From: Mobula hypostoma
Lineage: Eukaryota
Assembly (NCBI RefSeq): GCF_963921235.1
Contig: NC_086097.1
Span: forward strand, 111,912,001 to 111,976,000
Length of the DNA: 64,000 nt
Direction of reading: 5' to 3'
In this document: positions 49,742 through 63,970 of the stretch, piece after piece
Position numbering within the stretch: the stretch's first letter is position 1
How the letters are laid out: each line of letters begins with the position of its first letter
The notes under the pieces: generated by a model
Databases searched by the model: none
What the model was told of the DNA's origin: nothing
The model's input: the letters and a program-made list of their open reading frames with translations, nothing else
Position numbers and translations under genes: made by a program

Positions 49742-51668
49742 TGGGCATCCAGCCATGTCCAGATGTTGACTTGAACTGATGTTCAATGACAAATTCCACC
49801 ATCTTCATCAGGGATGATGCCTAGGCATGTCTAGTTCAGTGGTATATATACTCAACTTCCATCATTCATCCCTCTTGATTGGTTAGTTCTCAACCAGTCC
49901 GGTTTCTGCTGTCCCACCTTGATTAAAATCATATTTCAGTTCTTACTTAGATCGAGACCTTCATCTTTGTTGAAATTCTTATTCTCTAGTCTTATTTCAA
50001 TGGCTTCCTGTCCAGGTGGTCCCAAAATCCATTGGCGTGGCACAGTACTTCTGGGCTGTCGAAATCAATCCTGTAGTAATTACATATGCAATGTTTTGCT
50101 ACTGCTGATTTCTCCAGGAAACCCAAACAGGTACACCTCCTATGCTCCTTGATGTGGGTTTCCACCATGCTCCATGTCTGGCTGACATAAGCTGCTCTGT
50201 AAACGCCAGCTGTCCTGAGTCCCAGGCCACCTTTATCCTGCATAAGATGGGATTTGAGATTCCTTACGGGTTTGTGGATAGTATTTATTGGTATTCCAGT
50301 ACCAATAATGGTGAGTTTCTATGTGGTGTCCCTGTTCACGTGAGTTTTCATTAAGGAAACTCCTCCTCCTGTGGTCAGGGTTTGATAAGGGTATCATTGA
50401 CCTTTCTGAACACCCTTACGTCGACATACTTCCTCTATAAGGGGAACTACTATGAACAAATGGATGGATCTCCCCCTTGTCGCCGGCTATTGCTAATTTC
50501 TACATGGAAGACTTTGAGGACAGGGCACTGAGCTTATCTCCCTTGCGCCCCAAATGCTTCTTCAGATACGTCAATAACACCTTTTGTAGTGTGGTCATAT
50601 GGACTCCAGGCACTCTGACAGTTCCACAATCATCTGAACAGCATACATCCAAACATTCAATTTATGACGGAGACAGAGAAGAATGGTTGCCTCCCGTTCC
50701 TGGACATTCTATTATGATAGGAACTGGACGGACTTGTATTTCAACAATAACAGACACTATCTCATGTCTCCCAATGCACAGCAGTTCTTTCTACTTTGAA
50801 TAACCGTGAGAAAACTATTTCAGATGTGGACAGTCTCCACGAGGAAATGACAATTATGCAGAAACTTCCTACAGAAGGGCTACAAGATGAAGGAAATCAA
50901 TTGGGCCTTTAAAAGGACCAACAGAAAAACCAGGAAACCTAACAATGAGGAGTAACCTGCTGCTGTCACCTGTCTTCCCTATATTTCCACGGTTTCTGGA
51001 AGAATCACCAGGATCCTGAAAAAATACTGGATAAGTACCATCCACAAACCTGCAAAGAACTCAAATCCCAGTTTATGCAGGTCAAAGATGAATTGAGAGT
51101 CAGCACAGTTGGGTTTACAGCAATGACCGCAGGATTGACTTTGACAGCACAGAACTACTGTCCTACGCCAATGGCTTTTGGGAACACCTGGTGAAGGAAG
51201 CCATTGGAATTAAGACTAGAGAATAGAAATTACAACAAAGATGAAATTCTTGCTCTAGGTAAGAATTGGAATGCAATTTTTAAATAAGGTGGGACAGCGG
51301 AAATCTGTTTGGTTAGTCCTCAACCAATCAACAGTTCAATAATTCCATTTAATATCTGAGAATGTATATAGTATACAACCTGAAATTTTTGTTCTTCACA
51401 GACATCCATGAAAACAGAAGAGTGCCCCAAAGAATAAATGACAGTAAAAAAAGTTAGAACCCCAAAACTCCCTGCTCCCCCTCCCATGCAGGAGCAGCAG
51501 CAATCATTGACACTCTCTCTCCCCACTTATTTCAGCAAAAAGTTTCAGCACCCTCTACCCACCAAGTAAGCAATAGCAAAGGTTCCAAGAAAGACCATGA
51601 TCTCCAGTACAACAAAAACTAGTTGTTCTCCCGACAATTCAACATAACACAGTCTCTCTCTCTTTCTT

Positions 51669-51712
<44 letters not shown>

Positions 51713-51985
51713 CCTCCCTAATAAAGGTACACAGAAGTATCACACAGCAAGAGGGAAGACATAAACAAAATATAAGCTGACTTATGGTGTTAAAGTAGGG
51801 ACAGACAGACAACGGGAATTGAGTGTATATACCACCAGTTTAGACATGCCTAGGTATCATCTCTGATGAAGATGGCGGAGTTAGTAATCAAAACGTCAGT
51901 TAAAATTGACATCTGGACCCGGCTGGGAGCCTGAGAAGAGTTTATGTGGTATATACGCCAGGAAAGCACAAGTTCCTTTTTCCAA
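49742..51985 (+). mobile_element. Penelope-like element relic with an inverted 3' copy at its 5' side
   Basis: RT on + (SPAIANFYMEDFE...FFRYVNNTF, 50477 onward); GIY-YIG remnant on - (GVY...YVSQT...IKEHRR, 49992-50243); the terminal repeat TAGACATGCCTAGG...CTGATGAAGATGG occurs on - (about 49780-49835) and + (about 51841-51900); an unrelated repeat interrupts at about 51332-51796. Confidence 0.82.
51652..51710. repeat. (CT)n / CTTT simple repeat
   Basis: Direct reading. Confidence 0.9.
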
Positions 51986-52617
51986 GGTTATATTTTTAGA
52001 TTCTCTTTTATTGGACTAAGAATGTGATGATTTCTGGAACTATGTGGTTCTGGTGAAACCAAACTGAGCATAATGAGTTGGTTATTTTTGATGACACTGT
52101 CAATGACTGCATGTATCACTCTGCTGGTAATTGAGAGGTGACTGATTGGAACATATCTGGGTGACGATGATATTTCCACAGGTGGGTGACCATGTTGTAG
52201 CTTTACTGAAATTTGGTGAGGGAAGCTTAAGAGTTTCAGAACACAGACCATCAGAGCTACAATATTGTTGATTTCTAGAGACTTCGCTGCATCCATTTTT
52301 TTTGCACATTGGGTGTTTGACAGTCTTTGTGTGGAGGGTTTCATGGATTCTGTTACATTTCTTTGTTTTGTGGGTGCTTGCAAGTAGATGAACCTCAAGG
52401 TTGTATATGGTATACAGACTTCGATAATAAATGTACCTTGAATTCAGAAGGAAACTGAAATGGATAGTCTATCTGGCACTTCTGGTTGACTGTGGTTGTG
52501 GGAGTTTCAGTGAAATTTATATTCATACTAACACACAAGAACAGCAATACCTTCATTGAGAAGTTGTGTATTTTGTGATCTAATTAGTTGTGTCTCCTAC
52601 AAAATTTTTACTTCTAG

Positions 52618-52774
52618 GGAAGGTTGTTTTTGGGGAACCTATTGCAGCCAGTCTAGGAACTGATGGGACTGCATATTGGGACAAAGACTGGCGCAAAGCT
52701 GCAGCTTATGTCATGGGACCTCCACTACGACCTGACCCCACTACACCGGGATACCTCATGGACTTGTTGGCTAA
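52618..52774 (+). CDS. DPYS: Dihydropyrimidinase coding exon 5 (157 nt)
   Basis: ttacttctag| acceptor; [21 protein letters not shown]...[22 protein letters not shown]; |GTGAGT donor; phase 1/2 matches neighbours. Confidence 0.96.
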
Positions 52775-53554
52775 GTGAGTATTGTGAAAACCTGCCTTGC
52801 AACTATTAACTTTACTTCCAGAATGAACAAGAGCACTGTAACACTGCAGTGCTACTTTGCCATCTCGATTCGTGAAGTATAAACGTATCTAGAAATTACA
52901 TTAGGATCAGATTTATTATCACCAACACGTCTTGAAATTTGTTGCTTTTGTGGCAGCAGTATGGTGCAAGGCATAAAAAACTAAATTACTATTAAAATCG
53001 TACAAAAAATGGATAGTGAGTTGGTGCATTTATGGATTGTTCAGAAACCTGACGGCAGAGTGGAAGAAGCTGTTCTAAATTGTCGAGTCTGTGTCTTCAA
53101 GCTCTTGATGGTATCAGTGGGAAGAGGGCGGGTCCTGGATGGTAAGGATGGTGAGGTGAGGCTTTTTGTCACATTACATTTCCAGAGTGGAAACATTTAT
53201 GTGCCGGGCTAGATTGTAAAGATCAGGGTGTCAAGACCTGAGGTGAGTGATGGGCCGGTTCTGCCCAGTTCTGCTCACTAGTCCATGACGTTTACTGAGC
53301 TCTGTGCTGACCGAGGCTATGGCCTGTTCCAGCTGCAGTGATGCCTGGCTTCATGCCTTCCATAAAACTTCAGTTCAGAACACTATTTACTTACTTTTAT
53401 TGTTGCGCATTTTGTTTTTTTTTCACTGCATATTGAATGTTTGACTTTTTAAAAATGGGTTTTATTGGGATTTCTTTGTTTTGTGGCTGCCTGTAAGGAG
53501 ACGAATCTCAGGGTTGTATAACGTGTACATACTTTGATAATAAATGCAAGACCA

Positions 53555-56515
53555 AAAGACATAGGAGCAGAATTAGGCCATTTGCCCATCGACTCTGCTC
53601 ATCCATTCAATCATGGCTGATCCTTTCTTCCCCTCCTCAGCCCCACTCCCTGGCCTTCTTCCCGTAATCTTTGATGCTGTGTCCAATCAAGACCCTATCA
53701 ATCTCTGTCTTGCATACCCAACGACATGGCCTCCACAGCTGCCTATGGCAACAAATTCTACAAGTTCACCACCCTCTGGCTAAAGAAACTTCCCCACATT
53801 TGTTTTAAATGGATGCCCCTCCATCCTGAGGCTGTGTCCTCTTGTCCTAGACTCCCCCACCATGGGAAACATCCTTTCCACATATACTCTGTCTAGGCCT
53901 TTTGACATTCAAACGGTTTCAGTGAGATCCCCCCTCATCCTTCTAAATTCCAGCAAGCACAGACACAGAGCCATCCAATGTTCCTTGTATGATAACCCTT
54001 TCACTCCCAGAATCATCCTCGTGAACCTCATCTGAACCCTGTCCAAAGCCAGCACATCTTTTCTTAGATGAGGAGCCCAAAACTGTTCACAATGCTCAAG
54101 ATGAGGCCTCACCAGTGCCTTATAAAGCCTCAGCATCACATACCTGCTCCTGTATGAAGTTAAACTTTAGGGTGTTCTGCACAAGGACTCCCAAGACCCT
54201 TTGCATCTCAGATTTTTGGATTTTCTCCCCATTTAGAAAATAGTCTACACATTTATTTCTTCTACCAAAGTGCACAGCCATGCATTTTCCAACGTTGTAT
54301 TTCATTTGCCACTTTGTTGGCCAGTCTCCTAATCTGTCTATGTCCTTCTGCAGCCTACCTATTTCCTCAACACTACCTGCCCCTCCACCAATCTTCGTAT
54401 CATCTGCAAACTTGGCAACAAAGCCATCTATTCCATCATCTAAGTCATTGATATACAGCATAAAAAGAAGTGGTCCCAACAATGACCCCTGTGAAACACC
54501 ACTAACACGTGCAGCCAACCAGAAACAGACCCTTTTATTCCCACTCACTGCCTCCAACCAATCAGCCAATGCTCTAACCATGCTAGCAACTTTCCTGTGA
54601 TACCATGGACTCTTGACTTGGTAAGCAGCCTCATGTGTGGCACGTTGTCAAAAGCCTTCTGAAAGTCCAAATACACAACACCCACTGCATCTCCTTTACC
54701 TATCCTACATGTAACCTCCTCAAAGAATTCCAACAGGTTTGTCAGGCAAGATTTTCCCTTGGGGAAATCATGCTGATTTAGTCTTATCTTGTCCTGTGTC
54801 ACCAAGTACTCCATAATCTCATCCTTAACAATTGATTCCAACATATTCCCAACCACTGAGTCAGACTAACTGGTCTATAATTTCCTTTCAGCTGCTTTCC
54901 TCCTTTCTTAAAGAGTGGAATGCCATTTGCAATCTTCTAGTCCTCTGGCAACATGCCAGAGTCCAATGATTTTTGAGAGACCATTACTAATGCTTCCACA
55001 ATTTTTACCTTTTTCAGAACACTAGGGTGCAATTTGTTTGGTCCGGGTGACTTATGTACCCTTTCAGTTTTTTGAGCACCTTCTCCCTTGTAATAGTAAC
55101 TGCACTCACTTCTTTTCCCTCACACCCTTCAACATCTGGCATTCTGCTGGTGTCTTCCATAGTGAAGAATGATGCAAAATACTCATTTAGTTCATTTTCC
55201 ATCTCCTGTCCCCCGATATTATTTCTCTGGCCTCATTTGCTAGCGGTCCTATATCCACTCTTATCTTTTATTTTTACGTAACTAGAAAAAGCTTTCACTG
55301 CCCACTGTGATCTTACTTGCTAGCTTCCTTTCATATTTCATCTTTTCTCTCCTAATGATTCTTTTAGTTGCTCTCTGTAGGTTTTTAAAAGTTTCCCAAT
55401 CCTTTATCTTCCCATTCATTTTTGCTTTGTTGTATGCCCTCACTTTTGACTTACCTTGTCAGCCATGGTTGTACTATTTTGCCTTTTGAGTATTTCTTTG
55501 TTTTTGGAATACATCTATCTTGCACCTTCCCACTTTTCCCAGAAACTCAAACCATTGCTGCTCTGCCGTCATCCCTCTCAACTTCTCCCTCCAAATTACT
55601 TTAGCCAACTCCTCTCTCAATCCACTGTAATTTCCTTTACTCCATTGAAATACTGCTACATCACACTTTACTTTCTCCTTATCAAATTTCAAGTTGAGCT
55701 AATCATATTGTGGTCACTGTCTCCTAAGGGTTCTTTAACCTTAAGCTCCCTGATTGCCTTTGGTTCATTACATAATACCCAATCCAGTATAGCTGATCCC
55801 CTTGTAGGCTCAACAACAAACTGCTCTAAAAAGCCGTCTCGCAGGCATTCAACAAACTCACTGTCTTGAGATACATTACTAACCTGGTCTTTCTAATTGA
55901 CCTGCATGTTAATATCTCCCATGAAAATCATAACATTGCCCTTTTGACACATCTTTTCTATTTCCTATTGTAATCTGTGGTTCACATCCCAGTTACTGTT
56001 GAGAGGCCTGTATATAACTGCCAACAGGGTCCTTTTACCCTTGCAGTTTCTTAACTCAATCTACAAGGATTCAAGATCTTCCAATCTTATGTCCCATCTT
56101 TCTACTGATTTGATACCATTCTTTACAAGCAGAGGCACGCCACCCCTTCTGTCTACCTTCCTAACCCTCCGATACAATGTGTAACCTTGGACATTCAGCT
56201 TCTGACGACAATCATCCTTCAGCCATGATTCAGTGATGGCCACATCATACCTGACAATCTGTAACAGTGCAACAAGATCATCCACCTGATTTCTTACACT
56301 CTGTGCATTGAGATATAACACTTTGAGTACTGAATTTGCTACCCTTTTTGATACTGCATCCCTAATGCACTGATACTCACCCTGCTGGCTGCAATTTTGT
56401 CCTATCATCTGCCTGCCCTTCCTGACAGTCTGACTGCATGCTATCTTTATTTTATTACCATCTGTTTTATCCTAAGTCCCTTCAGTCTGGTTCCAACCTC
56501 CTGCCAAATTAGTTT
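53555..56515 (-). mobile_element. Older CR1 subfamily, near-complete decayed ORF2
   Basis: Frameshifted ORFs from endonuclease (LYLNAQS, AITESW) through RT (FADDTKIGG) to the 3' UTR. Confidence 0.92.
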
Positions 56516-57532
56516 GGTACAATAATAAGTGTACTTTCAACCTTGACCACAATTGGCATAGTTGTGATAGAAACTAGATAGACACTTCCAGTTGAAATTA
56601 ACATATTAATACATTTGATGTGAAGCATAAAATACATATCTAATGAGACCAGTTGTTATGTAATGCTGTCTTTCACTATTATTGACATAAATTAGAGGTC
56701 TTGGGTCCAGGTCATGATTCTCTGTTGACAGTGGTGAGAACAACAAACTACTCAATGTAACACCATGCAGAGTTCTGATTGGACCAGCCTGAATGTGTAT
56801 GGAAGCACTATGTCAGTGGTTAGTTTCCACTGGTTTTTATCAGTGAGAAGTGTCCAGTCCAGTAGCATAATACTTTTTATGTCATTACCTTTGAGACAGA
56901 AATAGCAGGAATAATTTCTTGACATATTGTTAGCAAAAAATTCCGTTCTTCCCTCCCCCCCACCACCTACACACCAACACATAAGCACCTTGTTCTTGGA
57001 TATATTCTATAAACAATCCCCTGACCTATAATCTCCATTTTGCCTTGCTTCCATTGGTTACACACTAAGTCTCATTTGACCCTATACCTGCAATCTCAAC
57101 CTTGTCCTGGCAGTCATAACACCGTTAACGTTCTGAGCCTTTCCAGATTGGACTTCAAACCCTCTAGTCGTACATTTACTTCCCTTTCGAATCTTGTCTG
57201 TGCTTGTATGTCCTTTCTGATAATTTCCTCTAGTTCCCTGTGGTTCTGACAGCATTGGTCTTCTGGACAGAATACCCTCTCCTTCCTTTGGTCTGGCTGC
57301 TGGCTGAGAAATGAAGCATGAAAATTTACAAGTATATTGCTGAAAATTATTCCTCAGGGTCACCAAAGCAAATCAGTGTGCTATTTTTTTGCACATTCCT
57401 TCAACAGAAAGTGAAATTCTCTGGAATGGATCTCTCATATTCTGAAGATTGAACTTTCGATCTTGCAATCTACCTCATTATGGACCTTGCACTTTACTTG
57501 TCTACCTGTACATGTAACATTATTCTCCACAT

Positions 57533-58080
57533 TTGTGTGCAGTTTTGGTCCCCTAATCTGAGGAAAGGCATTCTTGCCATAGAGGGAGTACAAAGAAGGT
57601 TCACCAGATTGATTCCTGGGATGGCAGGACTTTGATGAAAGACTGGATCGACTAAGCTTATACTCTCTGGAATTTAGAAGATTGAAGGGGGATCTTATTG
57701 AAACATATAAAATCCTAAAGGGATTGGACAGGCTAGATGCAGGAATATTGTTCCCGATGTTGGGGAAGTCCAGAACGAGGGGTCACAGTTTAAGGATAAA
57801 GGGGAAGCCTTTTAGGACCGAGATTAGAAAAAACTTCTTCACACAGAGAGTGGTGAATCTGTGGAATTCTCTGCCACAGGAAACAGTTGAGGCCAGTTAC
57901 TTGGCTATATTTAAGAGGGAGTTAGATATGGCCCTTGTGGCTAAAGGGATCAGGGGGTATGGAGGGAAGGCTGGTACAGGGTTCTGAGTTGGATGATCAG
58001 CCATGATCATCCTGAATGGTGGTGCAGGCTCGAAGGGCTGATTGGCCTACTCCTGCACCTATTTTCTATGCTTCTGTGTT
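57533..58080 (+). mobile_element. Young CR1 LINE copy 6, short 3' fragment
   Basis: ORF 57682-57987 matches the C-terminus of the other copies; same 3' UTR. Confidence 0.93.
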
Positions 58081-58304
58081 TACTCTCTTTTGACTACCTT
58101 GATGTAATGATGTACATGACATGATCTCTGAATGGCATACAACACAGAAACATTTCACTGTACCCAGGTACTGTATAGGAATCACCACTTTAAACATGAT
58201 GAGTGGATCTGCTTCATGGATTAAGATACTTTCTTGAAAAGCTGCCTTGGTAAAGCATTATACTGGCAGACTCTACTTGACCCTCGCTTCATCTCTCTTT
58301 GTAG

Positions 58305-58446
58305 TGACGATCTCACTGTGACAGGAACTGACAATTGCACATTCAATGGCTGCCAAAAGGCTTTCGGAAAAGATAATTTTACGAAGATTCCAAATGGAGT
58401 GAATGGCGTAGAAGACAGGATGTCCATCATTTGGGAGAAAGGAGTG
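58305..58446 (+). CDS. DPYS: Dihydropyrimidinase coding exon 6 (142 nt); gene continues beyond the window
   Basis: ctctttgtag| acceptor; [14 protein letters not shown]...[21 protein letters not shown] with the metal-ligand Asp (GTDNC); |GTAAGT donor. Confidence 0.96.
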
Positions 58447-59437
58447 GTAAGTGTGACTTGAGGATAAATGGACAATAGTATTGACGCATAGCTAAAGATT
58501 TTACCATTATGGGAGGAAGGAATTCATCTCATTATTAGGGCAGTGGCTTAATTGCTGTTATCATTCATCCTCTAACCTTCTTTCTTTTGTTTATTTCTTT
58601 CCTTCTTTTATATCCTTTGTTCTCTCTCTGAAAATGAGCAGCTGAAGTGAACCACTGTCATAGACTTCAGATTTGGATTCACATTAAAAATTCTTTTTAT
58701 CAGATGTACATTGAAACATACAGTGAAATGCGTTGTTTGCATTAACAACCAGCACACCCAAGGATGTGCTGGGGGCAGCTCACAAGTGTTGCCACACATG
58801 TCAGTGCCAACATTGCATGCCTAGCACAAGCTGCAAAAACATCAGCAAAACAAGCCCCTTTCCCATCCTTCCCACCTGCTCACACACCCAGACAGGCCTT
58901 CAACCCCCAGGACAGGCTGCGTCCAGTCCTCCAGTCCTCCAGTCCTTGTGAGTACCTGGGAGGATAAAATGTTGGAGAGGTCCATGACAGGTAGAGGAGA
59001 GAGAGGCCCAGAGCTGTGGCAGAGACTGAGACAGGGCCACCAGGCATCTCCACATGGCAGAAAGTGTGGTGTAAAATGTGGAGGGAGAAGCAGTCCTTGT
59101 CTCTGGATTCTCATAGACAATGGGCCTCCAAATTTTGTCTTCACCCCAGGACACTAATCCTGGGTTTGACTTTCGGGCATCGACATCCAGACTCACGTGG
59201 ACCTCTGATTAATAAGATTATTTTTTAGTTCTTGATTCTTCTCTCCTGGAGATCTCATCTAAGTAAATCCATTTTTATTGTTGAACTGTAACAAAGCATT
59301 TTGATAAAGGTTCACATGGTTGTTTCTCAAAATTAGCAAAGGGAACTAGGGTAATGGGGAACTTGGGAGAAATGCAGAGGTATGAGTTTTTCAGTTTGGG
59401 AACTACTGACGGATATAGGGGCACCCAACAAAGGGAT

Positions 59438-59720
59438 TTGTGGCATAACTTGTCGAATTGCTGCCACATACCTGTAGCTCCAGTGACCTGGTTTTGATCC
59501 TGACCTCCAGTGCTGTCTGCAGAGTTTGTGCATTCTCCCTTTGAACACATGGATTTCCTCCAGATGTTCCTCTTTCCTCCCATATCCAAAGACGGTGTGA
59601 GCTGGCAGGTTAGCTGGGCAATGACGATTGCACCTGGTGTGAAAATGAATGGCAGCAAGCGAGGAGTGTTGCTGGGAATGTGGAGAGAATACAACCAGTT
59701 GAGATAGGATTAGTGTAAAA
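59438..59720 (+). mobile_element. Decayed tRNA-derived SINE (V-SINE/HE1-like); related minus-strand copies at about 44790-44975 and 59875-60045
   Basis: Degenerate B box (GGTTTTGATCC) followed by a V-domain-like GAGTTTGTGCATTCTCCC...TTCCTCCCATATCCAAAGAC. Confidence 0.65.
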
Positions 59721-61802
59721 GGAAAAAATAGCTTAGCTTTGTTTATCGTATGCACTGTACATTGAAACATCAAAACATACAGTGAAATGGGAGGTTTATG
59801 TCATCATTTGTGATGTGCTAGGGGGCAGCTCACAAACGTCACTGTGCTTCCAGCGCTGATGCCCACAGGTCACTAAATCTAATCCTAAGTCTTTGGAAAG
59901 TGGGAGGAAACTGAAATACCAGGAGGAAACACATCTGGTCATAGGGAGAACATACAAACTCCTTACAGGCAATGGCAGGAATTGAACATCAATCAGTGAT
60001 GCTGGTGTTGTAAAAAGATTGTGCTAACTGTTGTACTATGCCTGCTTGTTGGTCAGTATAAACTTGGTAAGGTCAACAACATGCCACGGTGACCCTGAAT
60101 GTAATAATATGAGAACTTAAATGTCATTACAGATTATTAAGGAAAGAAATTTTTAAAGAGGTCCATTCAAAATTAAACAATAGATGCTTTACTTTGGACC
60201 ATTCATAAATAATTGATATTCTATTATTGCTTAAGAATGCAACTAAATCCATGATTATACCTGAAGTAATTTATTCAGTCACTCAACAGGCCTAATGATC
60301 ATTTCTGCATTGAGACCAGGATTTGTTATTAGTCCAGGTTCTACCACATTTTTAAAATTGCATAATCATTCCCACGCATGTAAATTACATCCAGGAAAAA
60401 TGCAAAATAGAACAATCTGTACTTCCTAATACCCTTCAATATGTCTTAAAAATAGCTACTAAAATACATTGTGTTGTCACAGGTGGATTTTGCTTTTCTC
60501 CGAGCATATCAGATGTTTCACTCTGATATTCCTCATCTCATGCAGAACACAACAAGGCTAATAACAGCTGGTACTACTATTATGATCTATGACTGCGCCA
60601 TAAAGGGCTCCCACATTTTAAATGGTATGGTACATGCATTATCTGTGACCTGGAGGATAAGCTGTTCATTATTGCAAATCATTTGGGGAAGAATGCACTC
60701 AGTGGCCACTTTAATGGGTACACTTGCACACCTGCTCATTCAACCAATCATATGGCAGCAACTCAATGCATCAAAGTATGCAGGTGTGGTCAAGAGGTTC
60801 AGTTGTTGATGAAACATCAGATTGGGGAAGAAATGCAATCTAACTGAGGTATCTGGGCGACCTTGTGCATAATTCACAAAAAAACAATGGTGCAGATACA
60901 GCAAGTAATTAGGAAAGCCAACAGAAAGTTTTTGTTCGTTGTTAGTGGAATTGAAAACAAAGAAGGGAAGTTGCACTTTAGTGACACAGGATATTGGTCA
61001 GACTTCCTGTGGCACAGTCTGACTCAGTAAGAGTGCAAATCATTTGAATAATATCCAGAATGGACAGGTTGTCTTAAGAGCAGAGGTTGGACACACTGGG
61101 TTTGTATCCATTAGAGTTTAGAAGAAAAGAGAAAAATAGACTGAAATTTATGACAGACTGAAAAGTCTTGCCAGAGTATATTCAGGATTGTTTAATGTCT
61201 TTTCCAGTACACAAGTGTCAAGGACATCAAAGTAATTGTTATTCTGGGTCCAATGCAGCACATAAAGATAAACAATAATAAAGATACACAATAAATATTA
61301 ATACATAAGGTAGTTTATATACATAGGTTGACTGTGTGTCCATAAATGACGTTAGGCACAGGCATCTCCGTACATAAGCCGACTGACAGGAAATGATAAA
61401 GTAGTGGTGTGGGGAGGGGGTGAGATGTGAGATGTGATGGGGTGGGTTATCTGGTGGAGATGTTGATCAGCCTAACTACTTGGGGAAGTAACTGTTTTTG
61501 AATATGGTGGTCCTGGCGTGAACGCTACATTGCCTCCTCCCTGATGCAAGTGGGGCAAACAGTCCATGAGTAGGATGGGTGGGATCCGACATTGTGTTGC
61601 TGACCTTTTTCCTGCACCTTTCCGTATATACTGTATGTCCTTGATGGCAAGAGGGCCGGTGCTGGTGATATATTGGGTGAAGGTATGAAGAGGATTTCTC
61701 CTCTTGTTGGAGAATCCAGAAATAAAGATCACTATTTTAACATAAGGAGTCATACATTTTAGGCAGCTGAGGTGAAGTATTTTCTCAGAGGTTTATGAAT
61801 AT

Positions 61803-62610
61803 GGTAAATTCCAGAAAATTTAGACACATTGGGATCAGGACATTTTGGCCCAATTAAATGGCTGCCCCAATTAGCCAAAGTTTCATGGAAATAGTTGAAA
61901 AAGTGTAAAAAAAAAGGCAAACTACCATTTAACTGAGTAACAAACTGTATTTAAATGAAATACAGAACAAATTAGAACACTACCAATGCTATTACAGTAT
62001 CATAAAACTATATTAGCTCATACTTATTGATGGAGGAATTAATCCACTGTATGCTGCGTGTTCTTTTGATTGACTGTAAATGAACAAAATCAGCACATTC
62101 ACCTACTGCAGATAACAGACAGCCATCATACAATGCTTTCAACAACTGCTTCCTTCAAGTCTTCATTTTCATTGTAATATTCGAGATTATTGTCAATAAC
62201 TTCAAATTCTTCTTCGGTCTTACCTTGCTGAAGTAGTCAAATTGTTTCATTTTCACTCCCAGTTATTTGTGGCATCTCTAAGCCTGGAATGCTTGAAACC
62301 ACACAGCGAGCAAAACAGCTCTGAATTGTCTTGCTGCTTAGTTCTTGCCAGCTTTCAGTGACAAGAATCACTGCTTTTTGAACACAAACACATACAAATA
62401 ACTTCATTTAAAAACTGTTCCCTTTAAGTACTGTGTAATGTCTAATGACCAGCAAGTGAACATGATTGACACTAGTTATTAACTGTTTGGCAATAGTCTC
62501 CTGTCCACAGTAAAGTGTGGCTATTTTCTCGATTAGTTTCTGCCCTTTAAGATTTGACCCAATTAAGTGGCTGCCCTCATTAACTGATGGCTCAATTAAC
62601 CTGATCGACT
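61803..62610. mobile_element. Tigger/pogo-like non-autonomous element related to 48258-49105, opposite orientation
   Basis: Shares GCCCCAATTAGC...AGTTTCATGGAAATAGTT and terminal CCCAATTAA motifs with the reverse complement of the 48.3-49.1 kb element. Confidence 0.65.
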
Positions 62611-63669
62611 ATAGGGAGCTTTATTCCTCAAAGGGTGACAGGAGCAAAGACCTTTAGTATTTTAATGGCAGAGGGATAGACAGATCTTTGAAAGCTAGGT
62701 GTGAAAGATCACTGGGAATGGGCAGGAATGCGGAGTTGAGGTTATAATCAGATTATCCCTGTTCTTATTGAAGGTGAGACAGTGCCATGAGTTGTGTGGT
62801 CCACATCTGTGCCTAATTTGTATGTTTGCTTGTGCTTTCCAAGTAACTGCTTACTTCTATCTTCTATTCAGAAACAAAGACACATGCATTGCTTTCTTTC
62901 TCCTTATTCTCTTTAATTGCTATTAAATCAATTGATTTATTTACCATGACCCTTTTGAACGAGTAGCTAGAGTTATAGACGATTGTTCCAGAGTTGAGTT
63001 ACAATCACACTGTGGCAGCTGTGGATATAAATAGAAATCCAGACTTAGAAAAACAGAAATTGTCTGAGTAATGGTAGCCACAAAGCCACTGGATTGTCAT
63101 AAAACCCCATGTGGTTCACGAACTTCCTTTATGAAGAAAATATGCCATTCTTACCTGGTCTGATTGATATGTGGCTTAATTCATTTCAAGACCTGTCAAT
63201 GTGGCTAACTCTTATCTGTCTCTCTAGTTGAGCAACAAAAAGAAATATACAATAAAATATTTCTATTTGTGTGGGTCAGTGGCAAAAGAAGTTAAAAGGA
63301 GTTGTAGCATGTGAAAGAGATTACCGGACTGCAGAAAAGTAAGACCACCACTAGTATCCTGTGTGTAATCAATAAGTAACGAGTGCCAACCAAATCCACA
63401 TTCCTGAATGAATAAATAAGAAAGAATAGGGTGAGAAATGCCTGATCTTTCCAAACTGTAATCCCAGTCATTATGGAAGTGTGGGATTACTTTTTGAGTA
63501 TACTTATGTGATGTGCAACAGACCTTGTAGAAGAGTTTATTTCAGGAATATAATTTCTTGACCACATTGTACGAGTGTTTTGAGGTACTGAAGGAGTCTA
63601 GGCTACAGCCTTATTGAGGCTCAGTATGCAGTACGTGGGTAGGAAGAGTGTCCTAATCTTTCATTAAGA

Positions 63670-63970
63670 ATTTTAACAGTTTTACAACTAAAGGTCATGG
63701 GTTAAGTGTGAAAGGTGAAAAGTTTAAGGGGAACATGAGGGGAGTCTTCTTCACTCAGGATCGTGAGAGTGTGGAACAAGCTGCCAGCATAAGTGGTGCA
63801 TGCAAGCTCGATTTTGATGGTTAAGAGAAGTTTGGATAGGTGCATGGATGGTAGGGGTATGGAGGGCTATGGTCCTGGTGTAGGTTGATGGAATAGGCAA
63901 TTTAAATGGTTTGGCACAGACGAGGTGGGCTGAAGGGCCTGTTTCTGTGATGTAATTTTCTATGAATCTA
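63670..63970 (+). mobile_element. Old CR1 3' fragment
   Basis: CR1-type ORF2 end (..GAGAGTGTGGAACAAGCTGCCAG..) and 3' UTR GGGCTGAAGGGCCTGTTTCTGTG. Confidence 0.75.
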
